Sequence record: EU863408
Source of the DNA: Escherichia phage JSE
Length of the DNA stretch: 64,000 bases
Strand: one strand, 5' to 3'
The notes under the pieces were generated by a model. The model made no database searches and was not told the origin of the DNA. It saw nothing but the letters and a program-made list of their open reading frames with translations. The stretch's first letter is position 1. The number at the start of each line of letters is the position of its first letter. A program made the translations under genes and the position numbers. Shown here in pieces: positions 19,003 to 29,279 of the stretch.

Positions 19003-20204
19003 AGGGAAGTAAGGTCAAAGCTCATCATCCAACGGTAAGCATTCGGCACAGGTTCTTTTACGAATGCGCCCGGATAAGTCTGCTTAGGCTGTATCTTGTT
19101 CTCTGGTACTACTTTACCCTCAGCTTTCAGAGATCCGAAGATAATAGCATCCCATACTTTCATCGGGTTATAAACATGGTTAAATTTAATCTTTGCATAG
19201 AAACATAGGCTATACACCAGATCGATAAATCCGCGCTTTTTATCAATCGCCAACACACGGTCAACGTCGCCGATGTTATAATCGATGTAAAGTTGATGGT
19301 TGTCATCACGCAATTTCTTTAACGGACCATCATAATCAACCTTACCGATTCCTGTCTCATATTCAGCAACATAATCTAACGCATATGTTGGTTGAGTCGT
19401 AAAGCTAAATTTCTTGTACAGGTCAATATAATCAAGGCTTTCGATCCCCATGATCGTAAATGCTTCACGCTCGTTGCCAAAATCATCCTGTGAGATTCGG
19501 GATTTAATCTTACCGCACGGGCTTAGACGGTTAGCGGTTCTACTTCCGAACTTATTACTGATACGTTTAATGATATATGGAATATCGAATGTTTCTGTGT
19601 TCCAGCCAGTGAAACCAACGGGTCGGTTTTCCTCAAAGAATCGGATGTATTCTAACAGCAATTCATCTTCTGTGTCATAGACGTTATAAACAACGCGCTC
19701 TACAATATCAGGTCGAAGAATAGACTTGCTAGATTCCCAGATTTCACCGTTTTTTCCTTTCAAATCAAATACAAAGAAACGATCATGTACGGAATCATAA
19801 TGCGTAATTGCATCGATAGGATATTTCGCTTCTTCTGGTTTAGGAAATTCTGGGGCAGTGACCTCGATATCAACCCATGCTACACGGATTTTATTTCGGT
19901 CATATCGAATCTCGCCTTTATACGTATCAGACAGATAGGAGATGATAAAGTCATCCATCCCTAGCGCCTCCTGCCCCATTTCTCCCATCTTTTTACGCCA
20001 TTTGTTGGCCTCGTTCATAGATGGGAATTTTTTAGCAATGCAAGGCTTGCCATAGATATCTTTATAATTCGTAACCATACCAGGCGCGGCATGATGAAAT
20101 AAAGTTGGCGTATATTCAACGTAACGCTCTTGTTCTTGTCCAGCATCATCAATATAACGCTCGTAGATCTTATCACCCACTCGCTCACATGACAGAAAAT
20201 ACAT
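19003..20204 (-). CDS. 43: DNA polymerase gp43, exon 1 (N-terminal and 3'-5' exonuclease domains)
   Basis: track ORF 18996-20234; start at ATG 20202-20204 (SD AAGGAG; MYFLSCERVGDKIYERYID matches T4 gp43 N-terminus); Exo motifs; ends at SFDLTSL. Confidence 0.85.
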
Positions 20205-20236
20205 AATATAAACTCCTTCACTTACGAAAGACACTC

Positions 20237-20265
20237 ATTATAGGGGAATCGACTTAGTTTGTCAA
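20237..20265 (-). promoter_or_regulatory. sigma70-type promoter upstream of gene 43
   Basis: minus strand TTGACA, 17-nt spacer, TATAAT. Confidence 0.55.
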
Positions 20266-20286
20266 TACCCCTATCCCATCAGTATC

Positions 20287-20649
20287 TTAGCGTCCGATCT
20301 GATATTTCTCTATCAGCGTCCACTCTTCTTTCTGTTTGAAAGACAGTACACGGAAATTATTAACTTCGGTAGTTTCAAAATCACTATCAATCAGGGTACA
20401 CAGATTCCACTGCGCAAGAAGTTTTGCAATGTTATTACGGCGTAATTCATCTTCCCACGTCATTTTAACACTACGACCATCTAATTTCAACAACTCCTTG
20501 AAATGAACGATGTAATAGCGCCCTTTCTTCTGGAGAATATGACAAGACTGATACAGTGTCTTGTCTCGATTGTTGGCAATGCCGCAGCGGGTTAAAGTTT
20601 CCTTAATTTTAAGGAAGTTTTCAGGACTAATCAAATTAATTTCAATCAT
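20287..20649 (-). CDS. regA: RegA translational repressor
   Basis: 120 aa; near-identical to recalled T4 RegA (KETLTR, YQSCHILQKKG, NNFRV). Confidence 0.9.
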   Translation of the reverse strand: MIEINLISPENFLKIKETLTRCGIANNRDKTLYQSCHILQKKGRYYIVHFKELLKLDGRSVKMTWEDELRRNNIAKLLAQWNLCTLIDSDFETTEVNNFRVLSFKQKEEWTLIEKYQIGR

Positions 20650-20650
20650 T

Positions 20651-21229
20651 TTACCACCTTTCTATAATCTTTTTAAGTCGTTTCCTTTCTGTCTGATTCT
20701 TAGTAACACCCGCCAAAAGTTCATCGGTCGCATACGGTTTAATGTGCTTCAATAACTTGTCCATATATCCCTTTTCATTAGCCAAATCGAGATAAAACCG
20801 GGCGTCATCCATATTTACACAATATGCTTTCGCCACTGCCATTAAAACCAATTTTTGGTCCAATTCTTCTGTTAGTTTAGCCCATTTACCGTATCGTTTC
20901 CCCTTAGAAATACTCTGTAAAAGATAATCAAAATGCATTTGATCTGGGAGGCCATGACCGATTAAATTCATCACATACGCGCTATATAGGCAATCTGCGT
21001 GCTGGGAAAGAGCGGTGTTAATCCATCTCTGATTATATGCAGAATTGTTTCCCACATTAACACGCTGTTTATCTAAGGTGATATGATCCATCAGAGCAAA
21101 TAATGCATTGTCGGTTTTCTCGGTGAATGTGTCAGCTAATTCAGACACCTTTTCCCAATCACGAGAGCGCCATGCAATTTCATGCTCGTTTAATTGTGTA
21201 TCATCTTCACCGAAAAATTGACCTAACAT
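20651..21229 (-). CDS. 62: clamp loader small subunit
   Basis: 192 aa; QLNEHEIAW and GKRYGKWAKL match T4 gp62. Confidence 0.85.
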   Translation of the reverse strand: MLGQFFGEDDTQLNEHEIAWRSRDWEKVSELADTFTEKTDNALFALMDHITLDKQRVNVGNNSAYNQRWINTALSQHADCLYSAYVMNLIGHGLPDQMHFDYLLQSISKGKRYGKWAKLTEELDQKLVLMAVAKAYCVNMDDARFYLDLANEKGYMDKLLKHIKPYATDELLAGVTKNQTERKRLKKIIERW

Positions 21230-22203
21230 TATACGAACTCCAATTCAACCATTAATTGCATTAACAAAAAGACAATGTGAATCTCTTTATCAGCCGCGTG
21301 CGCAAACATCTGATTATTTTCACCGATAATCTCAGTGAGACGAATAATAGAAGCTGGCTTAACTTGAGTATACAACTCAGTATAAAGTTTCTTGACAAAT
21401 TGAGCGTATGTATTGGTATAGCGTGGTGCGAGTTTACGCACATTAGCAAACTGTTTAGTTTTAAGTGCTTCCACCACATCGGTTACTTCGGTATTGCTAC
21501 TTTCGATAACCATGCTCAATACGCCAGCATCAATTTTACCATGTTTAGCGTAGCGGTCCAAAAGTTTCATTACGCGCCGGAAGTCTGGGAAGTTCTGCTT
21601 AACCAGTTCCGCTAATACGCGCATTTCTTCTACTGGCACACCTTCTTTATCAAGAATTGCTTTACACCGGACGATCATTTCTTTCATCATGCGAAGCTGA
21701 TCATCTTTAGTCGGAGATCCAAACGTGATGGGGTCAAAACGAGATCGTAACGCTGGGATAATACCTTCTAGATCGTTTGCTGTGATAATGAATGTCACAT
21801 TGTTTGAGTATGCCTCAGAGAAACTACGCAAGTGTCTTTGAGCGTCAGCCAACCCCGCTCGGTCATACTCATCGATAATAACAACTTTGCCCTTTTCTCG
21901 TTTTTCTTCATCGAGTGATACACTCTGCGCAAAGCGTGTAATCTCATCGCGGATAAAATCAATCTTACAATCTGCGCCGTTAACAAACAGATAATCAACA
22001 CCCACATCTTCGCAAAGCGCCTTAGCAACGGTTGTTTTACCAGTACCCGGCGATGGGCTATGCAGGATCATAGAAGGGATTCGGCCTTGCTTAACAATCT
22101 GCGCGAAGATCTTTTTATCTGCTTCCGGCAGAATACATTCAGAAATTGATTTCGGACGGTATTTCTGTTCCCACTGAAACTCATTTTCATTAACACTCAG
22201 CAT
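21229..22203 (-). CDS. 44: clamp loader large subunit (AAA+)
   Basis: track ORF 21229-22218; ATG at 22201-22203 with SD GAGAGGTG; Walker A SPSPGTGKTT. Confidence 0.9.
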   Translation of the reverse strand: MLSVNENEFQWEQKYRPKSISECILPEADKKIFAQIVKQGRIPSMILHSPSPGTGKTTVAKALCEDVGVDYLFVNGADCKIDFIRDEITRFAQSVSLDEEKREKGKVVIIDEYDRAGLADAQRHLRSFSEAYSNNVTFIITANDLEGIIPALRSRFDPITFGSPTKDDQLRMMKEMIVRCKAILDKEGVPVEEMRVLAELVKQNFPDFRRVMKLLDRYAKHGKIDAGVLSMVIESSNTEVTDVVEALKTKQFANVRKLAPRYTNTYAQFVKKLYTELYTQVKPASIIRLTEIIGENNQMFAHAADKEIHIVFLLMQLMVELEFV

Positions 22204-22236
22204 ATAATCACCTCTCACAAATTACATCATTAAAAT

Positions 22237-22256
22237 GGGGAGTATTTACACTCCCC
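22237..22256 (-). promoter_or_regulatory. intercistronic RNA hairpin between genes 45 and 44
   Basis: minus RNA GGGGAGU-GUAAAU-ACUCCCC then AUUUUAA, just upstream of gene 44 RBS. Confidence 0.4.
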
Positions 22257-22268
22257 ACAAACATTATA

Positions 22269-22955
22269 TTAGTCGGTGTAGCTGGAGTCAAGGTCACACG
22301 CGATCATATAAGATACGGTTTCACTTGCCAGCCATACAGCCTTACGGCGAGTGAAGCTCAGTTTGTAATCGCCGAAGTCCGTAGCAACCAGTTTCATGTT
22401 ATCTTTACGAATAAAGAAATGGAAGTCTGCGGTTCCGGTATATTCGCCCATATCAAGACAAAACATCTCATTAGGATTATTTTTGTCAATCTCTTCCCAA
22501 CCTTTGATCATCAGACGACCATCAATCGGTAGAAATTCAAGGCGATCCACTTTAAGCTGATTGCTCATTTTCATAAGCTGTTTCAGATCGTCGTTGCTCA
22601 GTTCGTAATCTACATCGCTTGCAGGTGGAGTAACTCGGCCTTTCGGTGATACGATAGCAGCAGCACTAGCACCAGGATAATTAATTTTCAGACGATCATT
22701 AGACACACGAATGTTTCCGGTGCGGTTATCAACCGTAATATCTGCTTCATCGCCCACCAGATTCAGAATGCCCAGGAAAGAGTTAAGATCATAGATCCCG
22801 ATTTCGTGTTCCAGTTCTTGATTCAGAGTCGCTTCACCATATACAACGTTTGTCATGTTTTTGGTGATTAGGACGTTTCCTTTTTTCAGGATGATACCTG
22901 GGTTAATAGCGGAAAAGTTTTTCAGGGTAGCAATGGTTTCTTTAGTCAGTTTCAT
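22269..22955 (-). CDS. 45: sliding clamp
   Basis: track ORF 22269-22958; ATG at 22953-22955; 228 aa as T4 gp45; N-terminus MKLTKETIATLKNFSAIN. Confidence 0.9.
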   Translation of the reverse strand: MKLTKETIATLKNFSAINPGIILKKGNVLITKNMTNVVYGEATLNQELEHEIGIYDLNSFLGILNLVGDEADITVDNRTGNIRVSNDRLKINYPGASAAAIVSPKGRVTPPASDVDYELSNDDLKQLMKMSNQLKVDRLEFLPIDGRLMIKGWEEIDKNNPNEMFCLDMGEYTGTADFHFFIRKDNMKLVATDFGDYKLSFTRRKAVWLASETVSYMIACDLDSSYTD

Positions 22956-22985
22956 CAAATCACCTTTATCATGTTAATCAATTAA

Positions 22986-23363
22986 TTACGGGTTTACTTC
23001 GTGCTCATTTTGAATCTTTAGCATTCTTTCGATAAATTTTTTCTCGGCTTCCTTATCGGATGAGTGAGTATACTTCAATCCAATGTAAGCTGTCAAGTAT
23101 TGTTGCAGAGCATAGACAGTAACAGGATTCTTTGCGGTCTTTTTTCCGTCGAGATATACCAGATCACCACGAACATCAAACGCAAGTTTACGACGAATCA
23201 CATCATCAACAAATTTATCTAGGACAAAATACCACTCAATACACTCTATCCCGTGACGGTAGTTCATTACATCATTATCTTTGATATAGTCAAACGGAAT
23301 ATGACATAATTTACTATTTTGTAGGATGAATAGCATTTGTTCTTTTAAGCTCATACGTTTCAT
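22986..23363 (-). CDS. rpbA: RNA polymerase-binding protein RpbA-like
   Basis: track ORF 22986-23384; positional (just upstream of gene 45) and size match; start choice uncertain. Confidence 0.45.
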   Translation of the reverse strand: MKRMSLKEQMLFILQNSKLCHIPFDYIKDNDVMNYRHGIECIEWYFVLDKFVDDVIRRKLAFDVRGDLVYLDGKKTAKNPVTVYALQQYLTAYIGLKYTHSSDKEAEKKFIERMLKIQNEHEVNP

Positions 23364-23367
23364 TCTA

Positions 23368-23760
23368 TCACTTCCCATCAGCAATTGCGATCAGACGAGT
23401 TACTACTACGCTAGCGGCTTCAATCAGCAGTTCATCAGTGTCAATCTGATAACCCTTTTCGAGAATATCTTTACCTCGAATAGTTTTAGCGCCTTTAGCA
23501 ATTGAATCATCGTAATACTTGCGCATTGCCGCGATCCATTCTTTTTGCACCATATCATCAATATGCGCGTACAGTTCAAAGCGTGCTTGCTGCGGGATAA
23601 CCTTCATTTTAGCTTTCTCGCTTTCTGGCATTTGTAGTACCCATGCTTTACGGATCTTGTTCATTGCTCGGTCAAATTCGAGACTGGTTTTCTTGTTCTG
23701 AATGTCTGCTACAGTAATTTTAGCCAGGTTTGCGGAAGTAGTCATAATATTAATCTCCAA
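23368..23760 (-). CDS. hypothetical protein
   Basis: 130-aa ORF. Confidence 0.45.
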   Translation of the reverse strand: MEINIMTTSANLAKITVADIQNKKTSLEFDRAMNKIRKAWVLQMPESEKAKMKVIPQQARFELYAHIDDMVQKEWIAAMRKYYDDSIAKGAKTIRGKDILEKGYQIDTDELLIEAASVVVTRLIAIADGK

Positions 23761-23775
23761 AATAAAATCAGTATA

Positions 23776-24006
23776 TCACGTTCTAAAGTTTGTTGCAACC
23801 CCAGCATCAGGGTAATCAAGTTTATCAAAGTTGGGGACCAGCATAAACTCATGATGACGACAAGACAACATTTTTGTTATGTCCGCATCGCTGTATATGC
23901 TGTTTTTCATATCCCCCATACTAACTACATATTCTTCACCGGAATATAGATTGATTAATGTATACAATTCTAACTCCGGCTGCGTTACTCTGTCAAATGT
24001 TAACAT
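23776..24006 (-). CDS. hypothetical protein
   Basis: 76-aa ORF. Confidence 0.4.
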   Translation of the reverse strand: MLTFDRVTQPELELYTLINLYSGEEYVVSMGDMKNSIYSDADITKMLSCRHHEFMLVPNFDKLDYPDAGVATNFRT

Positions 24007-25675
24007 TCATTTCAGTGAATCGCCCACGTTTAACCATCTTGAGATGACGGCTAAAATCATCAGGGTTATGGTCACGATGGCTGATAATATACACGTTATC
24101 ATCTAACTTGTCAATGATGGAATCAAGTGCTTTTACGCCCTGAACGTCCGTAGCCCCATCATAAATTTCGTCGAGTACCAACAAAGAAATATTAGTACCA
24201 GATACTTTACCAGCAACATCACGCCATGTAAAGAGCATCGCAAGGTCAATACGTGCCTTTTCGCCTTGACTGAATGATGTATACGAAAACGATTCACGCC
24301 CCCGTGATTTGATTGTTTCGTTAAACTCTTCATCTAGCGTAAAGATATAATCCGCTTCCATGATATCAAGATAATACGCAATCCGATCATTGAAATATGG
24401 AATATATTTCTTGACGATAGACGCCTTAACACCGGAATCCTTCAACATTTCTGTTACAAATCCACGGTGATATTTTTCAAGAACTAGCTTTGATTTTTCA
24501 TTAGTAATCTCTACCAGTTCGTGTTCCAGTTTAGCAAGTTCTTCGGAATTGTCAACCCTTTCTTTTTGCAGTTCCTGCATTGCTTTCTGGATCTGTTTAG
24601 CCCGACCTACAGATGCCGTTAAATTCGCTCTCTGTGACTCTATAGCGCGTTTAATTTCCAAGACCTTAGTTTGTGCTGTCTGGAAAGAATTGGCCTTCTC
24701 TGCGTATTCTACGCGTTTCTCGTCAATCAGAGACAGTTTATGTTCTGCTTGTGCTTTTTGTTCGCGTACAGCTTGATCATTACCTTGAATGATCGGTTGT
24801 GTGCACGTAGGACAGATCCCGCCTTTCTCGTGCATATGGATAACACGGTCAAAGTTCTGGATCTGCGCACCAATCTGTGCGATAGCCGTATTAATTTTAG
24901 CCAATGCCGCGCTAGGATCTTCCGGCATAACAACAGCCAATAGCTCATCGGTCAAGCGCGTTTCTTCGGCTTTAAATGCTTTAGCCGATTCTACCTCTTT
25001 ATCATACATATTCTGCAAACGCTGTAGATTCTCGGCACTAGCCTTGCTCGCGTCCTCTATGTACTTTTTATGAGTGTTGATTTGTTGCTGAACGTGATTA
25101 GCTTTCATTTCCTGCATTTGGATATTCTGGGTAATCTCGCGCACATACGCTTTATTCAGTTTATCCATTTCGCCTAGCGTAGCAATATCAAGCAAATCCT
25201 CGACCAGTTTACGGCGACCCGCTGCCGGAAGACTCATAAACGGAACATAACCAGCAGTGCCTAAAACAACGATCTGTTTAAAGCTGGCTAGGTTCATTCC
25301 TATGATACCTTCAAAATATTCCTGAAAGTCTTTGGTGCTTGCGCTCTCGTCGATCTTTTGACCGTCTCGATGCACTTCGAATACTTCCGGTTTTTGACCA
25401 CGTTTGATATAAAACTCTTTCCCGTCCAGTTCAAACCAGACTTCGACTAACAGTTTCTTTTTGTTGACGCTGTTAATCAATTGGCCTTTCTTGATACTAC
25501 GAAACGGTTTACCGAACAACACAAAGCAAAGCGCCTCGATCATGGTCGATTTACCAGCACCGTTAACACCAGTGATTAGTGTCTTTTTGAATCCGTCTAG
25601 CTGAATCTCAACAGGTTCAGCACCCACGCTCATTATATTTTGATAGCGCAAGGTTTTAAAATTTAACTTTGCCAT
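23993..25675 (-). CDS. 46: recombination endonuclease subunit (Rad50/SbcC-like ATPase)
   Basis: track ORF 23993-25690; start MAKLNFK at 25673-25675; Walker A GVNGAGKST; CPTC zinc hook; long match to T4 gp46. Confidence 0.9.
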   Translation of the reverse strand: MAKLNFKTLRYQNIMSVGAEPVEIQLDGFKKTLITGVNGAGKSTMIEALCFVLFGKPFRSIKKGQLINSVNKKKLLVEVWFELDGKEFYIKRGQKPEVFEVHRDGQKIDESASTKDFQEYFEGIIGMNLASFKQIVVLGTAGYVPFMSLPAAGRRKLVEDLLDIATLGEMDKLNKAYVREITQNIQMQEMKANHVQQQINTHKKYIEDASKASAENLQRLQNMYDKEVESAKAFKAEETRLTDELLAVVMPEDPSAALAKINTAIAQIGAQIQNFDRVIHMHEKGGICPTCTQPIIQGNDQAVREQKAQAEHKLSLIDEKRVEYAEKANSFQTAQTKVLEIKRAIESQRANLTASVGRAKQIQKAMQELQKERVDNSEELAKLEHELVEITNEKSKLVLEKYHRGFVTEMLKDSGVKASIVKKYIPYFNDRIAYYLDIMEADYIFTLDEEFNETIKSRGRESFSYTSFSQGEKARIDLAMLFTWRDVAGKVSGTNISLLVLDEIYDGATDVQGVKALDSIIDKLDDNVYIISHRDHNPDDFSRHLKMVKRGRFTEMNVNI

Positions 25676-25919
25676 TAAGCCACTCCGCAATCACACATTC
25701 CATAATATTAAATGCTAACACATCTTCATCAATGTTGTAAACACTTGCTGCCTTCACTTTAACTAATGTGTCTCTGCGATCTGGCAGCATGATCACATAA
25801 TCCAGTGTCGCAGGATCATATGTCATAAAGGGATCAACATAAATCCCTTTATTCAATGCCAGATATTCGCGAAGACCTTCTATAACCCTGTGTCTAAGGT
25901 AGGTCATCGATAGAATCAT
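25656..25919 (-). CDS. hypothetical protein
   Basis: 87-aa ORF. Confidence 0.4.
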   Translation of the reverse strand: MILSMTYLRHRVIEGLREYLALNKGIYVDPFMTYDPATLDYVIMLPDRRDTLVKVKAASVYNIDEDVLAFNIMECVIAEWLNGKVKF

Positions 25920-26512
25920 TTTAGTTTATGTTCCTCTAAAAATTCTTCAATTTCACCTTGCAGGTCTTCCGCTTGCTGTTCCAGAATATCGCGAAATTCA
26001 CCTACAGTCAAGCGGTAATCACATTTCACCAGTCGATGCGGGAGAATATACCCTTTATACATTGTCTCTGACGCTTCTAGGAATACCCCACTATGCATGA
26101 CAGAGATCCAACCTGTTAACGTCAATGGAGTATTCGGAAAATAATACTTGCTGGATTGTTTCCACTGGACGAAAGCACCATATACAATCGGATTATATTC
26201 ACCAACCACACTCTTAATAATGGATTCTACTTTGTCTTTTACAAAGTCGCCAATGCCCATAGTCACCATCAATTCTTGTGGGTGAATCACTTTAAGGTAA
26301 CGACGGTAGCCGTCATCATACCACAGCTTAACCACTGGCTGACCCCACATTTTAGCAATACGCGCTTTCAGATAACCATAGATCGGATTCTTGTAATATG
26401 ATTGTTTTAGTGTGTACGCGTGCACCAATTCAATAAAATATTCCATTGCTATCGAATCAGGATCAGCCGCGACCATAGTCGTATTCATAATATGTTCCTC
26501 GTTCAATTTCAT
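25916..26512 (-). CDS. hypothetical protein
   Basis: 198-aa ORF. Confidence 0.5.
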   Translation of the reverse strand: MKLNEEHIMNTTMVAADPDSIAMEYFIELVHAYTLKQSYYKNPIYGYLKARIAKMWGQPVVKLWYDDGYRRYLKVIHPQELMVTMGIGDFVKDKVESIIKSVVGEYNPIVYGAFVQWKQSSKYYFPNTPLTLTGWISVMHSGVFLEASETMYKGYILPHRLVKCDYRLTVGEFRDILEQQAEDLQGEIEEFLEEHKLK

Positions 26513-26783
26513 ATTGTTTCAGGTCTTCTAAAAGTTCATCCACTGCTTGTTTCAGCACATGACGCAGCGTAAAGTAATAGCTTTCATCAAATTCTATTTC
26601 CGCGCGAGGAATAGAGCGAATCTTACACTTAACAGTAGTATCGGTGAGTCGCTTTTCGACCATCATCCGAACTTCTTCATGCTCTTTGGAATACCATACA
26701 TCAACGGAGATTCCCTTGCGTCGAGCAAACATAGGCAATGCCGCATTAAATTCCATTACCTTTTGTGCAAGTGTTTTCATCAT
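26463..26783 (-). CDS. hypothetical protein
   Basis: 106-aa ORF. Confidence 0.45.
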   Translation of the reverse strand: MMKTLAQKVMEFNAALPMFARRKGISVDVWYSKEHEEVRMMVEKRLTDTTVKCKIRSIPRAEIEFDESYYFTLRHVLKQAVDELLEDLKQYEIERGTYYEYDYGRG

Positions 26784-27028
26784 ACAGACTCCATAGACCC
26801 ACGAGCAATAACATTCTGGGTAATATCAGCAACCTTACGGGATACGATGTTTGTTAGCCCCTCTTTGGTGATATTTTCACGATCAAATGGGATTTCGTCA
26901 TGAGTCCACAAACCATAGTTAGACCGAAATGATAGCATATACTGACCATCTCGCACAACCTCAAATACATGGATCTTAGTGAATTTCGACAAACCTTCGT
27001 TGATTTCTTTCAGTGCATTAGCAATCAT
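26780..27028 (-). CDS. hypothetical protein
   Basis: track ORF 26780-27040; start at ATG 27026-27028 with SD GGAGG. Confidence 0.45.
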   Translation of the reverse strand: MIANALKEINEGLSKFTKIHVFEVVRDGQYMLSFRSNYGLWTHDEIPFDRENITKEGLTNIVSRKVADITQNVIARGSMESV

Positions 27029-27053
27029 AACAACCTCCAATCAATTTTTAGAG

Positions 27054-27082
27054 AGTATAACGGGGATTTCTCCCCGCGTCAA
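27054..27082 (-). promoter_or_regulatory. sigma70-type early promoter (PeSL-like)
   Basis: minus strand TTGACG, 17-nt spacer forming GGGGA-GAAA-UCCCC stem-loop, TATACT. Confidence 0.55.
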
Positions 27083-28108
27083 CTAACTTTTTGCGTTATT
27101 TACTTCGGCTAAAAGTTCATCAGAAATACGCTTGACCGCCGCAAGTTCTTCCGGTTCTAGGTTTTGTTCTTCCAGATATTCATAGACCATCTGAATAGTG
27201 CTTTTAACTTCAATAACACCTGTTTCCTGTGATGCGCTACTCTCCAGTTTATGGACCACCTTTAGCTTGTGTACAACGGCCTCTAACGCGCTTTCTAACT
27301 TAGTTAACCCATTATCAGCGACCGTTGCGATAAGACGCACACTAAGCCCTTTAAAGCGTTCTACATCGATTTTATCGTCTGACGGGTAAGTGATACGCAC
27401 ATGATAAGTTTTGTCATTCTGAATAAACTCTTTTTTGTGTGTATCGGTATCGAATACCCAAAAACCACGCGGATCGTTTTCGTCACCCGCCGTTAGTGTG
27501 TATGGTGTACCAATATACGTTACGTTACCGCCATCACTGATAGTATGAAAGTGTCCCGAAAACACTTCACGGTATTTCTTGAGGAAGTCCGCGCTATAAC
27601 CTTCGGATTTTAGCCCTTTATAGAAATAGTAGCCAGACAATTCCCAATGGCCTACACAATATTCGCTGAATGAGTTTTGAATAAACTCTAAAATCTCTGA
27701 TTTATTGTCATCACAAAACCACGGGAACAGGTCAAATGATACACCATCAAAGGTAACTGTTTCCGGTTTATCGATAACCTTAATGCAATCATACTGGCTT
27801 AACACTTCACGCGGTGCGTTAGGCTGGATCTTATGACGTTTGAATAGATCATGGTTCCCTACGGTCACATAACAGGTGATTCCAGATTCTTCCAGTAACG
27901 GGATGACCTTAGTACGGTTAAAACTCATCGTCGCATGAGTAATAGCTTTTCGGCAATCAAACCAATCCCCTGTTTGAATCCATGTCTTAATATTATGCTC
28001 TTTGGAGTATTCAACCGCTTTCTTGATGGTATCAAGAATATACTCATGCACCCACGGATCATCGCCACCGATACCAGTATGCAGATCACCTAAAAGCAAA
28101 ATTTTCAT
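27083..28108 (-). CDS. 47: recombination endonuclease subunit (Mre11/SbcD-like phosphoesterase)
   Basis: 341 aa; calcineurin-like motifs (GDLHTG, GDWFD, GNHD). Confidence 0.85.
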   Translation of the reverse strand: MKILLLGDLHTGIGGDDPWVHEYILDTIKKAVEYSKEHNIKTWIQTGDWFDCRKAITHATMSFNRTKVIPLLEESGITCYVTVGNHDLFKRHKIQPNAPREVLSQYDCIKVIDKPETVTFDGVSFDLFPWFCDDNKSEILEFIQNSFSEYCVGHWELSGYYFYKGLKSEGYSADFLKKYREVFSGHFHTISDGGNVTYIGTPYTLTAGDENDPRGFWVFDTDTHKKEFIQNDKTYHVRITYPSDDKIDVERFKGLSVRLIATVADNGLTKLESALEAVVHKLKVVHKLESSASQETGVIEVKSTIQMVYEYLEEQNLEPEELAAVKRISDELLAEVNNAKS

Positions 28109-28199
28109 AGTCTCTTCCTCTCTTCGTTTTCGATGCTCTCACTATATCACAGAAAAATAAAAAGGGAAACCCCTTTCAGAGTCTCCCTTATAAAAGCCA

Positions 28200-28487
28200 T
28201 TACAGCATACTTAATACCGTTTGCCGTGTACTGACCCACATAGCAGAAAGCAGTTCTGGCGTGTGTGGCTGTTTGTAGATATCACGTAATTTTCCGATAG
28301 CGTAGATATACGCATCACGATTATCATCGATGATAGCTTGTTCAGCCCACCGCTTAAGTCGTGCAATCTCTCGCGAGTTCTTACGCAAGATCTTTTCCGC
28401 TTTCTTAGCGGCTTTAGCCTCTAGTTCTGCTTGTACTTTGTCTACTTCATTCACTGCAATCTTGTCATGCTGTTCATCGTAAGTCAT
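28200..28487 (-). CDS. hypothetical protein
   Basis: 95-aa ORF. Confidence 0.45.
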   Translation of the reverse strand: MTYDEQHDKIAVNEVDKVQAELEAKAAKKAEKILRKNSREIARLKRWAEQAIIDDNRDAYIYAIGKLRDIYKQPHTPELLSAMWVSTRQTVLSML

Positions 28488-28488
28488 G

Positions 28489-28722
28489 TTATTTTACCTC
28501 TGGGATATAATCAATTATTAAAGAAAATTCATCTTCTGATACATTATAGCTATGTGAGATTGTACCCGTCAAGACCTCAAGATCCGGTGATTTGATATTG
28601 CACGGATCGATAATCACCGGAACGCCGCAATCTCTCAAAAATAATTTGGCGAAATACGGCACGAGGTCAGTTTCAAACTCTGCTTCTTCCAGCAAACGGG
28701 AAATGTTAATTTTCAATCTCAT
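28489..28722 (-). CDS. hypothetical protein
   Basis: 77-aa ORF. Confidence 0.4.
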   Translation of the reverse strand: MRLKINISRLLEEAEFETDLVPYFAKLFLRDCGVPVIIDPCNIKSPDLEVLTGTISHSYNVSEDEFSLIIDYIPEVK

Positions 28723-29239
28723 AAAATTGGTCCAGGCTAGGCAATTCCTCAGTCAATACATCTTCAACCTTTGGCGCTTTCGGTTTATTGACCGATTCCT
28801 CGTAGTTGTTGATTTTATCGTAAATGTCCTGTATGAATGCCTCATCAGCAATCTGGCACATATCAGCGTCGCGTTCGTCATATACATGATGCACAAAATA
28901 TTTGTATTTTGCGGCTGTCGCTGTTCTCTCTTTTTTAATGCGCTGTACAAAAGCATTAAAGCACGCTTGCGTGATGTAAGCATGAGGATTTTTATACTTT
29001 GTCTCGTCAAAATTAATCAAACCCTTGACCGCCGCTTCGATTCCGTCGTCGATCATTTCTTCGCGCCATGTTTGACTATAACCAGAAAAGTTAAAACGAC
29101 GTGATAGATTTTTAGAGATTTGCATAATTGCTAGGCCGATTTGATCGCTCATTGGAACTTGCCGACCTTCTGCTGCAATTTGTTGTTTCCAACGGCAAAT
29201 TTCTTCGTAAAGCTCTTTATTGTTTACATAATCAGACAC
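28706..29239 (-). CDS. 55: late-transcription sigma factor gp55
   Basis: 177 aa, GTG start; [30 protein letters not shown] and FIQDIYDK identical to recalled T4 gp55. Confidence 0.9.
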   Translation of the reverse strand: MSDYVNNKELYEEICRWKQQIAAEGRQVPMSDQIGLAIMQISKNLSRRFNFSGYSQTWREEMIDDGIEAAVKGLINFDETKYKNPHAYITQACFNAFVQRIKKERTATAAKYKYFVHHVYDERDADMCQIADEAFIQDIYDKINNYEESVNKPKAPKVEDVLTEELPSLDQFYEIEN

Positions 29240-29279
29240 TTCGCACCCTCGCTATTATTTAGGAAATAACCCTTTCGGG

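Noticed and set aside
17062-20234. Gene 43 as two independent cistrons (43A/43B) separated by an untranslated spacer, as reported for some Aeromonas T4-like phages
   Set aside because: The frame upstream of the 43B Met encodes the conserved YPSIIRQVNISPET half of motif A with no start codon, and the spacer has group I intron boundaries and core elements; splicing explains the data better.
28140-28199. Extended -10 (TGATATAGT) promoter upstream of gene 47
   Set aside because: No -35 element or MotA-box-like sequence; a single TGnTATAGT match is too weak to report as a feature.
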